Source of the DNA: Candidatus Eiseniibacteriota bacterium
Lineage (GTDB): Bacteria; Arandabacterota; Arandabacteria; Arandabacterales; Arandabacteraceae
Reading direction: 5' to 3'
Assembly (NCBI GenBank): GCA_043808325.1
Contig: JAZDEY010000031.1
Coordinates: 10,997-74,996, forward strand
DNA length: 64,000 nucleotides
Shown: piece after piece, positions 18,108 to 27,038 of the stretch
Numbering within the stretch: position 1 is the first letter of the stretch
Layout: each line of letters begins with the position of its first letter
The notes under the pieces: model-generated
The model's input: the letters and a program-made list of their open reading frames with translations, nothing else
The model's database searches: none
Told to the model about the DNA's origin: nothing
Translations under genes and position numbers: made by a program

Positions 18108-20617
18108 CATGGAGGTTACAGATGAAGCCAACGAAAGACGTGGCGGCCGCCGAGGAGGCGGACAAGTTTGTCTACCCTGATGCCGAGATAACGACTCTCC
18201 ACAATAAGTTGGCTTCCCAGCTTTTTCATTTGGTGAAGAAGCGCGACGGTCAGATTCTCAAGTTCGAACGCGAGAAGATCGTCAGCGCGATCTTCAAGGC
18301 TGCCGAATCGGTCGGGGGAAGCGACCGCTCGACCGCCGAGAGGCTCGCCGATGAAGTGATCCTGTATCTATTCGCCACGCGGGGATCGAAGCTTCCGGGA
18401 GTTGAGGAGATTCAAGATACGATCGAGAAGGTCTTGATCGAGCGGGGGCATGCCAGGACTGCAAAGGCATTCATCATCTACCGCCACGAACGGGCCAAGC
18501 GGCGCGGCAACGGCAAGACCAAGGCCGAGGCCGATGCCGAGAGCAAGGACTTGACCCTCGAGCCCGACCCGACCGATCTGGCTATCTTCGTGAGGACCTC
18601 GGACGACGACATGGCTCAGTGGGACAAGCAGCGTATGGTCAATGCGATGGTTCGGGAGGCCGGGGTGCCCGACGGCATAGCGCGGACCATCAGCGATGAA
18701 GTGGAAGAGGTGATCCTGGATTCCAGGGTGACCGTGATAACGGTATCGCTCTTGAGGGAGCTGGTGAACGCCAAGTTGATCGAGCACGGGCTTGAAGATG
18801 CAAGGAAGCGGCACGCCAGACTCGGCGTCCCCCTCTATGACGTCGAGAAGATAATCACCTCGCGCAACAGGGAAAACGCCAACATCCCGCATAATCCCGA
18901 AGCCACAAACATGACCCTGGCGGAATCGATCAACAAGCAGTACGCACTCCTGAGGGTTTTTTCCCAGGACGTTGCCGATGCTCACGCCCGGGGTGACATA
19001 CATCTGCATGATCTAGGATTCATAAATAGACCGTATTGCTCGGGCCAGTCGCTGGAATACGTGAAGAAGTTCGGACTGAATCTCCCCAACGCTCTTTCGA
19101 TCGCGAAGCCCGCGAAGTATCCCGAGACTCTGCTTGCGCACATGGTCAAGTTCTCGGCGGCGCTTCAGGGTCACTTCGCCGGCGCGATAGGGTGGGACGC
19201 AGTAAACATCTTCTTCGCACCGTTTCTTGTGGGCTTGAGCGAGAGGGAGATGAAGCAGATCGCGCAGATGATGGTGTTCGAGTACTCCCAGCAGAGTGTG
19301 GCCCGCGGCGGGCAGGCGATCTTCAGCGACATCAATATCTACTGGGAGGTACCGTCCCATTTCGAGAATGTGGAAGCTATCGGGCCGGGTGGGGTTCCGA
19401 CCGGCAAGACCTACAGCCATTTTGAGCCCGAGGCCCGCAAGTTTGCCTGGGCGCTGTTCGACGTCTTCATGGAAGGCGACGGCACCGGCAGACCTTTCTT
19501 CTTTCCCAAACCGCTGGTACATATCACGGATAAGTTCTTCAGGACCCCGGGGCACGAGGAGTTTTTGCACCACATAAGCGACGTCGCGGCGGAGAAGGGA
19601 AACACCTACTTTGTCTTCGACCGTGGAGAGACAGCGAAGATATCCGAATGCTGCAGGCTCTCCTTCAAGCTGGAAAAGGAAGACCTTGAGGACGCCAAGA
19701 TGCCCTGGAGAATGAGATACTGCGCGCTGCAGAACGTCACCTTGAATCTGCCGCGGGCAGGAATCATTGCCGCAGGCGATGACGCGAAGCTCTTCGCCAC
19801 GCTCGATGATTTCTTCGATCTTGCGATCAAGGCCCACATCCAGAAGAAGAACTTCATCCTGTCGCTGCTGAATCTGGGCAGCGAGGGCCCGCTGGCGCTC
19901 CTCACGATGAACAAGGACGGCGAGCCTTATCTCAGGACCAAGCGCGCAACCTATCTGGTCGGGCTCCTGGGCCTGAACGAGCTGGTCCAGGCACACATGG
20001 GAGTCGAGCTTCACCAAAGCGAAGAAGCCTTCAAGCTCGGGCTCAAGGTGACCGGCTACCTCAACCTTAAGGCCAAGGCGGCCTCTGAGAAGTACGGCAT
20101 GCGATTCGTGCTCGAGCAGACGCCTGCCGAGAGCGCTGCCTTCAGGCTCTCGCGGCTGGATCTGGACAGGTTTGGCGCTCGCGCCGAGGCGGTGGTAAAG
20201 GGCGATCTGGCCAAGCACCACGTCTACTACACCAACTCAACCTTCCTCAATATCGCCGAGGTCATGAACCCGATCGATCGGGTTCGCATGGAAGGCAAGT
20301 TCCATGACCTGATAGAGGCGGGAGCCATAACCCACCTGTGGATCGCCGATTCGAGGCCCTCTGCGGGATCGATCGCCAACTTCGTGCGGAAGACCTTCAA
20401 GCAGACCCGGAATGCCCAGATAGCCTTCTCACCTGAGTTCACCGCCTGTAACGCCTGCGACAGAGTGACCAGGGGCTTGAGTCAGACTTGCCCGCATTGT
20501 GGTTCCATGGATGTCGATGGAATCACGCGCGTGACCGGTTACTTCTCGAGAATCTCAGGCTGGAACAACGGCAAGCGGGCCGAGCTCAAGGACAGAGCGA
20601 GGAGCGGAATACTATGA
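18104..20617 (+). CDS. nrdD: Anaerobic ribonucleoside-triphosphate reductase (class III RNR)
   Basis: 837 aa. N-terminal ATP cone. C-terminal Zn-ribbon 'CNACDRV...CPHCGS' followed by glycyl-radical motif 'ITRVTGYFSRISGWNNGKRAELKDR'. Confidence 0.95.
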   Translation: MTWRLQMKPTKDVAAAEEADKFVYPDAEITTLHNKLASQLFHLVKKRDGQILKFEREKIVSAIFKAAESVGGSDRSTAERLADEVILYLFATRGSKLPGVEEIQDTIEKVLIERGHARTAKAFIIYRHERAKRRGNGKTKAEADAESKDLTLEPDPTDLAIFVRTSDDDMAQWDKQRMVNAMVREAGVPDGIARTISDEVEEVILDSRVTVITVSLLRELVNAKLIEHGLEDARKRHARLGVPLYDVEKIITSRNRENANIPHNPEATNMTLAESINKQYALLRVFSQDVADAHARGDIHLHDLGFINRPYCSGQSLEYVKKFGLNLPNALSIAKPAKYPETLLAHMVKFSAALQGHFAGAIGWDAVNIFFAPFLVGLSEREMKQIAQMMVFEYSQQSVARGGQAIFSDINIYWEVPSHFENVEAIGPGGVPTGKTYSHFEPEARKFAWALFDVFMEGDGTGRPFFFPKPLVHITDKFFRTPGHEEFLHHISDVAAEKGNTYFVFDRGETAKISECCRLSFKLEKEDLEDAKMPWRMRYCALQNVTLNLPRAGIIAAGDDAKLFATLDDFFDLAIKAHIQKKNFILSLLNLGSEGPLALLTMNKDGEPYLRTKRATYLVGLLGLNELVQAHMGVELHQSEEAFKLGLKVTGYLNLKAKAASEKYGMRFVLEQTPAESAAFRLSRLDLDRFGARAEAVVKGDLAKHHVYYTNSTFLNIAEVMNPIDRVRMEGKFHDLIEAGAITHLWIADSRPSAGSIANFVRKTFKQTRNAQIAFSPEFTACNACDRVTRGLSQTCPHCGSMDVDGITRVTGYFSRISGWNNGKRAELKDRARSGIL

Positions 20618-20922
20618 GGATAAGCGTATTCGGACGGAAGGACTGCGACGCCTGCAAATTGGCGCTCACCAAGTTGGAATACTTCTCCCAGAAGTGGGGG
20701 AAGACCGAGACCACGGCCATAGAATTCGTAGACATGGGGACCCCGGATGGGCTGGCCGAAGGCGCTTGGCGGGACGTCTACGATATTCCCACCGTGATCC
20801 TCGAGGACGGGGGCAGGGAACTGACGAGATGGGTCAAGCAGGTCCCCATATCTCGTGATTTCAAGAGGTATTTCCTCAGCGAAAACATAGATGAAGAGCC
20901 TCGAGATCAAGGGCTTTGTTGA
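20614..20922 (+). CDS. Small thioredoxin-fold / glutaredoxin-like protein encoded inside the nrdDG operon
   Basis: 'MRISVFGRKDCDACKLA' carries a CxxC redox motif. ATGA overlap with the nrdD stop. Start of the ORF-track ORF trimmed to the first ATG after nrdD. Confidence 0.6.
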   Translation: MRISVFGRKDCDACKLALTKLEYFSQKWGKTETTAIEFVDMGTPDGLAEGAWRDVYDIPTVILEDGGRELTRWVKQVPISRDFKRYFLSENIDEEPRDQGLC

Positions 20923-21637
20923 GGCATCGTTCTGCGATTGGGACGGCAGGGTCTCCTCGGTCGTATTTCTTCCGGGTTGTAACCTGCGATGCCCCTTCTG
21001 CCAGAATGGTGATCTGATCCTGCAACCTGAATCTATGACCTCCATTGATTTCGCATCTCTCCGTGCCTATCTCTCGCGCAACCGAGAATGGATCGACGGG
21101 GTCGTAGTGACCGGGGGCGAACCGACGATCTGGGATGACCTTCCCCAGCTCCTCCTTTGGATCAAGGACCTGGGCTTCCCCTTGAAGCTGGACACCAATG
21201 GCACAAGGCCCGACCTCCTGAAGTTGCTGGTGGATCGGGGTCTCGTGGACTACATAGCGATGGACCTTAAGGCTCCGCTGGATGCGAGATATGCTGTGGC
21301 GACCGGTGTCCATGTGGACCTTGGGGCGATCACCCGTTCGATCGAGATAGTGCGTTCCTGCCCGGGAGATGCTTACGAATTCAGGACAACGTTGGTTCCC
21401 GGGTTGGTGGGTGAGCAGGAGGTCGTGGAAATAGCCCGCTCGATTGAAGGTGCCGCGCGTTACGTTCTCCAACAATTTGTGCCCGGAAACTCGCTTGACA
21501 AGAGCCTCCGTCGAGCTATACCATACACGGACGATTTTGCCTTTCACCTGATCGGAAAGGCTAGGACCCACGTTAGGTTTTGCTTCTTCAGGGGAAGGGC
21601 CGGAACTTCGCCATCCTTGGGAGGGGGGCTCAGTTAG
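20891..21637 (+). CDS. nrdG: Anaerobic ribonucleotide reductase activating protein (radical SAM)
   Basis: 'SFCDWDGRVSSVVFLPGCNLRCPFCQN' carries the CX3CX2C radical-SAM cluster motif in the NrdG-typical context. Confidence 0.9.
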   Translation: MKSLEIKGFVEASFCDWDGRVSSVVFLPGCNLRCPFCQNGDLILQPESMTSIDFASLRAYLSRNREWIDGVVVTGGEPTIWDDLPQLLLWIKDLGFPLKLDTNGTRPDLLKLLVDRGLVDYIAMDLKAPLDARYAVATGVHVDLGAITRSIEIVRSCPGDAYEFRTTLVPGLVGEQEVVEIARSIEGAARYVLQQFVPGNSLDKSLRRAIPYTDDFAFHLIGKARTHVRFCFFRGRAGTSPSLGGGLS

Positions 21638-22971
21638 TGGCAAAGACCTTTGGTGGTGGTGTTCATGTCGCGGACTCCAAGTCTGCGACCTCAAGCAAAC
21701 CCATATCCGAGATCGCTCCGCCGCCCAGAGTCATAATCCCGCTCTCCCAACATATTGGAGCCCCTGCCACGCCCATCGTGAAACCTGGTGAGAAGGTTAG
21801 GATCGGATCGAAGATTGCCGAGGCGGACGGCTTTGTCTCCGTTCCGGTACATGCTTCAGTGGCGGGGACCGTGAAATCGATCGCGGAGTTTCCGCACCCG
21901 TTGGGACACTCGATGCCGGCGGTCGAGATCGAGAATGACGGCACCGACCTGTGGGTGGAGCCGGCCCGATCACGGGATCTTTCGGAAGCTCCCCCCGACA
22001 CAATCCGTGACGCGATCAGGGAGGCCGGTATCGTGGGTCTTGGTGGCGCTGCCTTTCCAACCCATGTTAAGCTATCGCCGCCGGAGGGTAAGAGGATCAC
22101 GACGGTCGTCCTCAATGGGGCTGAATGTGAGCCCTACTTGACCGGCGATCATCGCTTGATGGTGGAAAGTGCCATGGAGGTAGTAGAGGGCCTGAGAATC
22201 ATGATGCGGGTAGTTGGGGCGGAGCGCGGCGTAATAGGCGTGGAGCGGAACAAGGCCGACGCGGTCGGTCGACTCAAGGAGACCGTCCGTGGAGAGCAGG
22301 GGATTGACGTGATCGATCTCAAGGTCAAGTATCCGCAGGGGGCGGAGAAGCAGCTGATCCATGCCGTAACCGGTCGCGAAGTGCCGCGTGGCGGCCTTCC
22401 AATGGATGTCGGGTGCATCGTGCAGAATGTGGGCACCAGTCTGGCCGTCCATGACGCGGTGAAGTATGGCCGCCCGCTGGTGAGCCGTGTCCTGACGCTC
22501 GCCGGGAGCGCCGCCAATGGACCGGGAAATTTCAGGGTGAGAATCGGCACGCCCTTTAGCCACGTGATCGCCTCTGCCGGCGGCGCGAGCGATAACTGCC
22601 GCAAGATCGTGATGGGTGGCCCCATGATGGGGATAACTCAGACAACCGACGAGGTCCCGGTCGTGAAGGGAACCTCAGGTATAGTCCTCCTGGCAGACCA
22701 GGATATGTGTCTGGATGAACCCGGCCCTTGCCTCAGATGCGGCCGCTGTGTCGATCATTGTCCCATGCGGCTAATGCCCAACGAGCTTGCCAGATTCGTC
22801 GAGACAGGCATGGTCGACCGGGCTGAGGAGTATGGTGTGCTTGATTGTATTGAATGCGGTGTCTGTGCCTACGTTTGCCCTTCGAAGATCAGACATGTGC
22901 AATTGATGAAAGAGGGCAAAGCCGAGGTTCTGGCAAGGAGAAAAAGAGCTGAACAGACCAAGGACAAGTAA
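21637..22971 (+). CDS. rnfC: Rnf complex subunit C (NADH-binding, 4Fe-4S)
   Basis: N-terminus 'FGGGVHVADSK...RVIIPLSQHIGAPATPIVKPGEKV...FVSVPVHASVAGTV' matches the conserved RnfC start. 'LNGAECEPYLTGD'. Two ferredoxin motifs 'CLRCGRCVDHCP', 'CIECGVCAYVCP'. GTG at 21637 overlaps the nrdG TAG. Confidence 0.9.
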   Translation: MAKTFGGGVHVADSKSATSSKPISEIAPPPRVIIPLSQHIGAPATPIVKPGEKVRIGSKIAEADGFVSVPVHASVAGTVKSIAEFPHPLGHSMPAVEIENDGTDLWVEPARSRDLSEAPPDTIRDAIREAGIVGLGGAAFPTHVKLSPPEGKRITTVVLNGAECEPYLTGDHRLMVESAMEVVEGLRIMMRVVGAERGVIGVERNKADAVGRLKETVRGEQGIDVIDLKVKYPQGAEKQLIHAVTGREVPRGGLPMDVGCIVQNVGTSLAVHDAVKYGRPLVSRVLTLAGSAANGPGNFRVRIGTPFSHVIASAGGASDNCRKIVMGGPMMGITQTTDEVPVVKGTSGIVLLADQDMCLDEPGPCLRCGRCVDHCPMRLMPNELARFVETGMVDRAEEYGVLDCIECGVCAYVCPSKIRHVQLMKEGKAEVLARRKRAEQTKDK

Positions 22972-24018
22972 ATGAAGCAGATCCTTACCGTCTCCCCGTC
23001 GCCTCACATAAGAGATGGGCTCGACATAAGGGGCGTGATGTATGCCGTGGTGGTCGCGCTTCTGCCGGCGGCTGCAGGGTCGGTTTACTTCTTCGGAATG
23101 AAAGCCCTGCTCATAATATCGATCACGTGCCTCTCCGCCATTCTCACTGAGGCGGTCTGCCAGCGGGCGATCAAAAGGCCCATCACTATTGCCGACGGGA
23201 GTGCCCTGGTTACCGGAATGCTGCTGGCTTTCAATCTCCCTCCCGGTGTGCCTTATTGGCTGCCTGTGGTGGGGGCAGCCTTTGCGATCGGGATCGCCAA
23301 GATACCTTTCGGAGGACTTGGCTACAATCCCCTGAACCCTGCGCTTGCGGCCCGAGCTTTTCTTATGGCCTCATGGCCGGCCTACATGACGGCGGCGTGG
23401 GCCGCGCCATCACGCGGATCGCTCTCGGGGATCTCGGGAACAAATGCCATAACCACGGCCACACCCCTGGGCGTCTTCAAGACAGCCAATCAAGTCCTTG
23501 GTGATCCTTCCGCGTCGCTTCAAAGTGTGGCTCTCGCAAAGGACAATCTGAAGTACCTATATTCTACCGATTCGCTGAAAAACCTCTTCTTTGGCAATCG
23601 CGGCGGATGCATCGGAGAGACATCGGTGCTGCTCCTCGTGATAGGTGCCGCCTATCTGCTCTTAAGGCGGATCATATGCTGGAGGATTCCAGTCTCTTAT
23701 GTAGCTACGGTGGGGTTGCTGGGCTGGATAATGGGCGGACAGGGTCTGCTCCATGGTAATGCGCTGTTTCAGGTCCTCTCCGGCGGACTGATCCTGGGTG
23801 CTTTTTTCATGGCCACCGACATGGTGACGTCCCCGGTAACGCCTAGAGGCAAGTTGATCTTTGGGTTTGGATGTGGGATCATCACCAGCGTAATACGACT
23901 GAAGGGGGGATACCCGGAAGGCGTATCCTATTCAATCCTCATTATGAATATCACGGTTCCCCTGATTGACAAGTTCACGCGGCCCAGGATATTGGGCGAG
24001 GTGAAACCTGCCAAATGA
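22972..24018 (+). CDS. rnfD: Rnf complex subunit D
   Basis: Polytopic membrane protein with the NqrB/RnfD pattern including 'FFMATDMVTSPVT' (FMN-attachment Thr region). Confidence 0.9.
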   Translation: MKQILTVSPSPHIRDGLDIRGVMYAVVVALLPAAAGSVYFFGMKALLIISITCLSAILTEAVCQRAIKRPITIADGSALVTGMLLAFNLPPGVPYWLPVVGAAFAIGIAKIPFGGLGYNPLNPALAARAFLMASWPAYMTAAWAAPSRGSLSGISGTNAITTATPLGVFKTANQVLGDPSASLQSVALAKDNLKYLYSTDSLKNLFFGNRGGCIGETSVLLLVIGAAYLLLRRIICWRIPVSYVATVGLLGWIMGGQGLLHGNALFQVLSGGLILGAFFMATDMVTSPVTPRGKLIFGFGCGIITSVIRLKGGYPEGVSYSILIMNITVPLIDKFTRPRILGEVKPAK

Positions 24019-24938
24019 TGCTGAGACTGACGTTTGTGCTGGCACTGATATGTCTGGTTGCGGCTCTGGCCCTTGGATTCGTGTATCGCGGCACGGCTCC
24101 CATGATCGAGAAGCAGAAGATGATCATCGATGAACTGGCGAGGCGTTCCGTCCTGCCCGAGGCGCTTTGCGGCGCATTCGTGCCGGTTGAGACCAACGGT
24201 TTTGTCTACTATAAAGGTTACCGAAATGCCGACACAACCGGTCTGGTGGGTTACACCGTTACGGCCCGGGGCCGCGGCTACAGCAGCACTATCGAGACTA
24301 TCGTCGGCGTGGACTTAAGGGGTCGGATAACCGGCATGAGGATAACATCTGAGAAGGAGACTCCAGGCCTTGGCACCAGGATCGAGGAGGTGAAGAGCGC
24401 CAGGACCGTGCTCGATGCCCTGAAAGCGGTTGCCGGCAGAGACACTCCGAAGAAGCTGGTGGTGGAAATCGGTGGGGAGGGGAGCGCCCGCCACGCGGTT
24501 GAGGCCGAAATAAGGGATGCCGGCCTGTGCGCAGAGGTGGAAGAGGCGCTGGCCCGCGGCGATACGGCGGAAGTGACGGCTGTGGCTGCAAGAGCAATTG
24601 GAGTAACCGGCGCTGATGCGGCGATGGTCTTCGCCGATCCGGCGCTGACCTGCGAGTTGTGCGATAAGGTTATCAAGAGGCTCCGCTCGGAATCGACCCC
24701 CTGGTTTCAGTCTCAATTCGTGGGGAAGTCCCGGGCCGAACTGGTGCTTGCCGGGCAGGCCACCGATAAGCCACCTGAGGCCACGTCAGGCGCAACGCCA
24801 CAGTCGCAGAAGACCTGGAAGCCGATTCAGGCGATTGCCGGGGCTACCATATCGTCAAGGGCGGTTGCAGAATCGGTGAGAAATGCTATAGTAGAGCTTG
24901 ACAAGGCGACAAGTGGTTTTCAGGAGGTCACGGAGTGA
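24015..24938 (+). CDS. rnfG: Rnf complex subunit G (FMN-binding), with a ~100-aa internal/C-terminal extension
   Basis: N-terminal TM segment. 'GRGYSSTIETIVGVDLRGRITGMRITSEKETPGLG' is the FMN_bind domain. C-terminal flavinylation-type motif 'IAGATISSRAV'. 307 aa versus ~200 aa typical. Confidence 0.8.
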   Translation: MMLRLTFVLALICLVAALALGFVYRGTAPMIEKQKMIIDELARRSVLPEALCGAFVPVETNGFVYYKGYRNADTTGLVGYTVTARGRGYSSTIETIVGVDLRGRITGMRITSEKETPGLGTRIEEVKSARTVLDALKAVAGRDTPKKLVVEIGGEGSARHAVEAEIRDAGLCAEVEEALARGDTAEVTAVAARAIGVTGADAAMVFADPALTCELCDKVIKRLRSESTPWFQSQFVGKSRAELVLAGQATDKPPEATSGATPQSQKTWKPIQAIAGATISSRAVAESVRNAIVELDKATSGFQEVTE

Positions 24939-25537
24939 GCCTCGGACGAGAGTTCACAAAAGGGCTCTACAGCGAGATGCCGGTGTTCCGCATTGTGCTG
25001 GGCGTATGCCCGACACTTGCCGTATCGACTGCTCTCAAGAACGGGGTCGGTATGGGTATCGCAGCAACCTTTGTCCTGGTCGGGTCAAACGTGTTCGTCT
25101 CATTGATCCGCGGCGTGATTCCACCGAAAATAAGGATACCCTGTTACATAGTTGTGATTGCCAGCTTTGTAACAATTGTCGATCTGGTGATGGCCGGATA
25201 CACTCCGGAGCTTCACAAGAATCTCGGCATATTCATACCGCTGATTGTCGTCAACTGCATCATACTTGGGCGAGCAGAGGCCTTCGCGGGCAAGAACGGC
25301 GTTGTGGCGTCGCTCATGGATGGGCTTGGAATGGGGATCGGCTTCACCTTCGCCCTGTCAATCGTGTCGACCATACGGGAGATAATTGGCTCCGGCAAGA
25401 TCTGGAACTTGGTGGTCTTGGGCCAGCACTACAATCCGGTTCTCGCGGTCGTGCTCGCGCCGGGTGCCTTCATCACGCTTGGATTGGTGATCGGTTTCTT
25501 CAATCTCCTGGACATTAGGAGGAGAGGACAAGGTTAG
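24935..25537 (+). CDS. rnfE: Rnf complex subunit E
   Basis: 'FRIVLGVCPTLAVSTALKNGVGMG' and overall RnfE/NqrD topology. GTG start overlaps the rnfG stop. Confidence 0.9.
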   Translation: MSLGREFTKGLYSEMPVFRIVLGVCPTLAVSTALKNGVGMGIAATFVLVGSNVFVSLIRGVIPPKIRIPCYIVVIASFVTIVDLVMAGYTPELHKNLGIFIPLIVVNCIILGRAEAFAGKNGVVASLMDGLGMGIGFTFALSIVSTIREIIGSGKIWNLVVLGQHYNPVLAVVLAPGAFITLGLVIGFFNLLDIRRRGQG

Positions 25538-25540
25538 CCT

Positions 25541-26128
25541 ATGGACCTAGGCAAACTCCTGGCAATTGCGATAGGCGCCATCCTGATCAACAATTTCGTG
25601 CTTGCCCGATTCCTTGGACTGTGTCCGTTTCTCGGTGTCTCCAAGCAGTTGGATTCGGCTGTAGGAATGGGTTTCGCGGTGATATTCGTCATGACCATGG
25701 CATCGATGGTCTGCTTTGGGGTGTATCAGTACGTGCTCACTCCCCTTCACATCCAGTACTTGAGGACTATCGCCTTCATCCTTGTGATTGCCGCGCTGGT
25801 TCAGTTCGTCGAAATGGTGCTTGAGAAATCGTCACCAGGTCTTTACAAGGCGCTGGGCATATATCTGCCGCTGATTACCACCAATTGCGCAGTCCTGGGC
25901 GTTGCGGTCCTGAACGTGGACAAGTCCTATGGCTTCATTCAAACCACGGTTCATGGCTTCGCTGGGGGCCTAGGTTTCATGGTTGCCATGATCTTGATGG
26001 CGGGCCTGAGAGAACGGATTGAGCTCGGGCCGATACCGGAGTCTCTCAAGGGCTTTCCTATTGCCTTCATAATGACCGGGCTGATGGCTCTCGCTTTTCT
26101 CGGTTTCGCCGGTCTGATAACTGAGTGA
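25541..26128 (+). CDS. rnfA: Rnf complex subunit A
   Basis: 'NNFVLARFLGLCPFLGVSKQLDSAVGMG' is the RnfA/NqrE signature. Confidence 0.9.
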   Translation: MDLGKLLAIAIGAILINNFVLARFLGLCPFLGVSKQLDSAVGMGFAVIFVMTMASMVCFGVYQYVLTPLHIQYLRTIAFILVIAALVQFVEMVLEKSSPGLYKALGIYLPLITTNCAVLGVAVLNVDKSYGFIQTTVHGFAGGLGFMVAMILMAGLRERIELGPIPESLKGFPIAFIMTGLMALAFLGFAGLITE

Positions 26129-26157
26129 CTAAGGCTATCTATAAGGAGGTGCTCAAA

Positions 26158-27027
26158 ATGAGGATCTCGGTGGGGTTGTTGCTTCTGGGTATGATCTTCT
26201 ACCTGGGTTGTGGGGGCAAGACGACGGTCTCCACGATGTCTGAGCCCGTGCGACTGGCCTACAAAGACGTGGGCGGCCGGTCGATGCAATACAAGATGAC
26301 GTCCAGTGTTACGGTAAACGTGGGAGGCTCGACCAGTACGTGGGTCAGCGATATTACCTATTCCGCCAAGGTGGAGAGCATCTACTCGGAGGGTACGATA
26401 GCGAGAAGGATAACCTTTGACGACTTCTCAATAAGTACCATATCCGGCGGTAGGCCCGAACCCGATGAAGCGGCGGCCGGATACAAGGGACAGTATCTGT
26501 GGCTGAAGCTCGGACCTGCCGGCCAGATCGTTGACTGGAAGGGGCTGGACAAGCTCAGCAGTTATACTGCGGAAGATCGTAACTTGAGGGACGTACTGGT
26601 TCAGCAGATGGCAGCCCTTTTCCAGCCGCTTCCCGCCGACCCCGTCAATATCGGCAGCAAGTGGCAGTCGACGGTCGAGATACCGGTGACGATCAGGGGC
26701 GGCGACTTCAAACAGACGGTGAAGACGGACTACGAGGTCTCGGGTTTCGGTCTGCGTTCGGGCAGAAACTGCGCGAAGATTGCCGTTGTCGCGGCGGTGG
26801 AGGGCGAGGGTAGCGGTACGCGCGGAGCCGACAGGAAATTCTGGGTGGAAGCTTCGGGGCTTGGCAAGGGCGAGATGTGGTTCGATTATGAGAATGGTCT
26901 GCTGGTCGATTACGGCGTGGGCGTTACCGCTGACCAGACCATTAACTACGAGAGAGCCGGCAAGGCCGATGTTGCGACCGAAGTCGCAACGATTGACAGC
27001 CAGTCCAAAATAAGGTTAGTGAAGTAG
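26158..27027 (+). CDS. Hypothetical secreted lipoprotein inserted between rnfA and rnfB
   Basis: AAGGAGG RBS 7 nt upstream of ATG 26158. Signal peptide and lipobox 'LLLGMIFYLGCGG'. No recognisable catalytic motif. Predicted beta-rich. Confidence 0.55.
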   Translation: MRISVGLLLLGMIFYLGCGGKTTVSTMSEPVRLAYKDVGGRSMQYKMTSSVTVNVGGSTSTWVSDITYSAKVESIYSEGTIARRITFDDFSISTISGGRPEPDEAAAGYKGQYLWLKLGPAGQIVDWKGLDKLSSYTAEDRNLRDVLVQQMAALFQPLPADPVNIGSKWQSTVEIPVTIRGGDFKQTVKTDYEVSGFGLRSGRNCAKIAVVAAVEGEGSGTRGADRKFWVEASGLGKGEMWFDYENGLLVDYGVGVTADQTINYERAGKADVATEVATIDSQSKIRLVK

Positions 27028-27038
27028 GAGACTATCGG

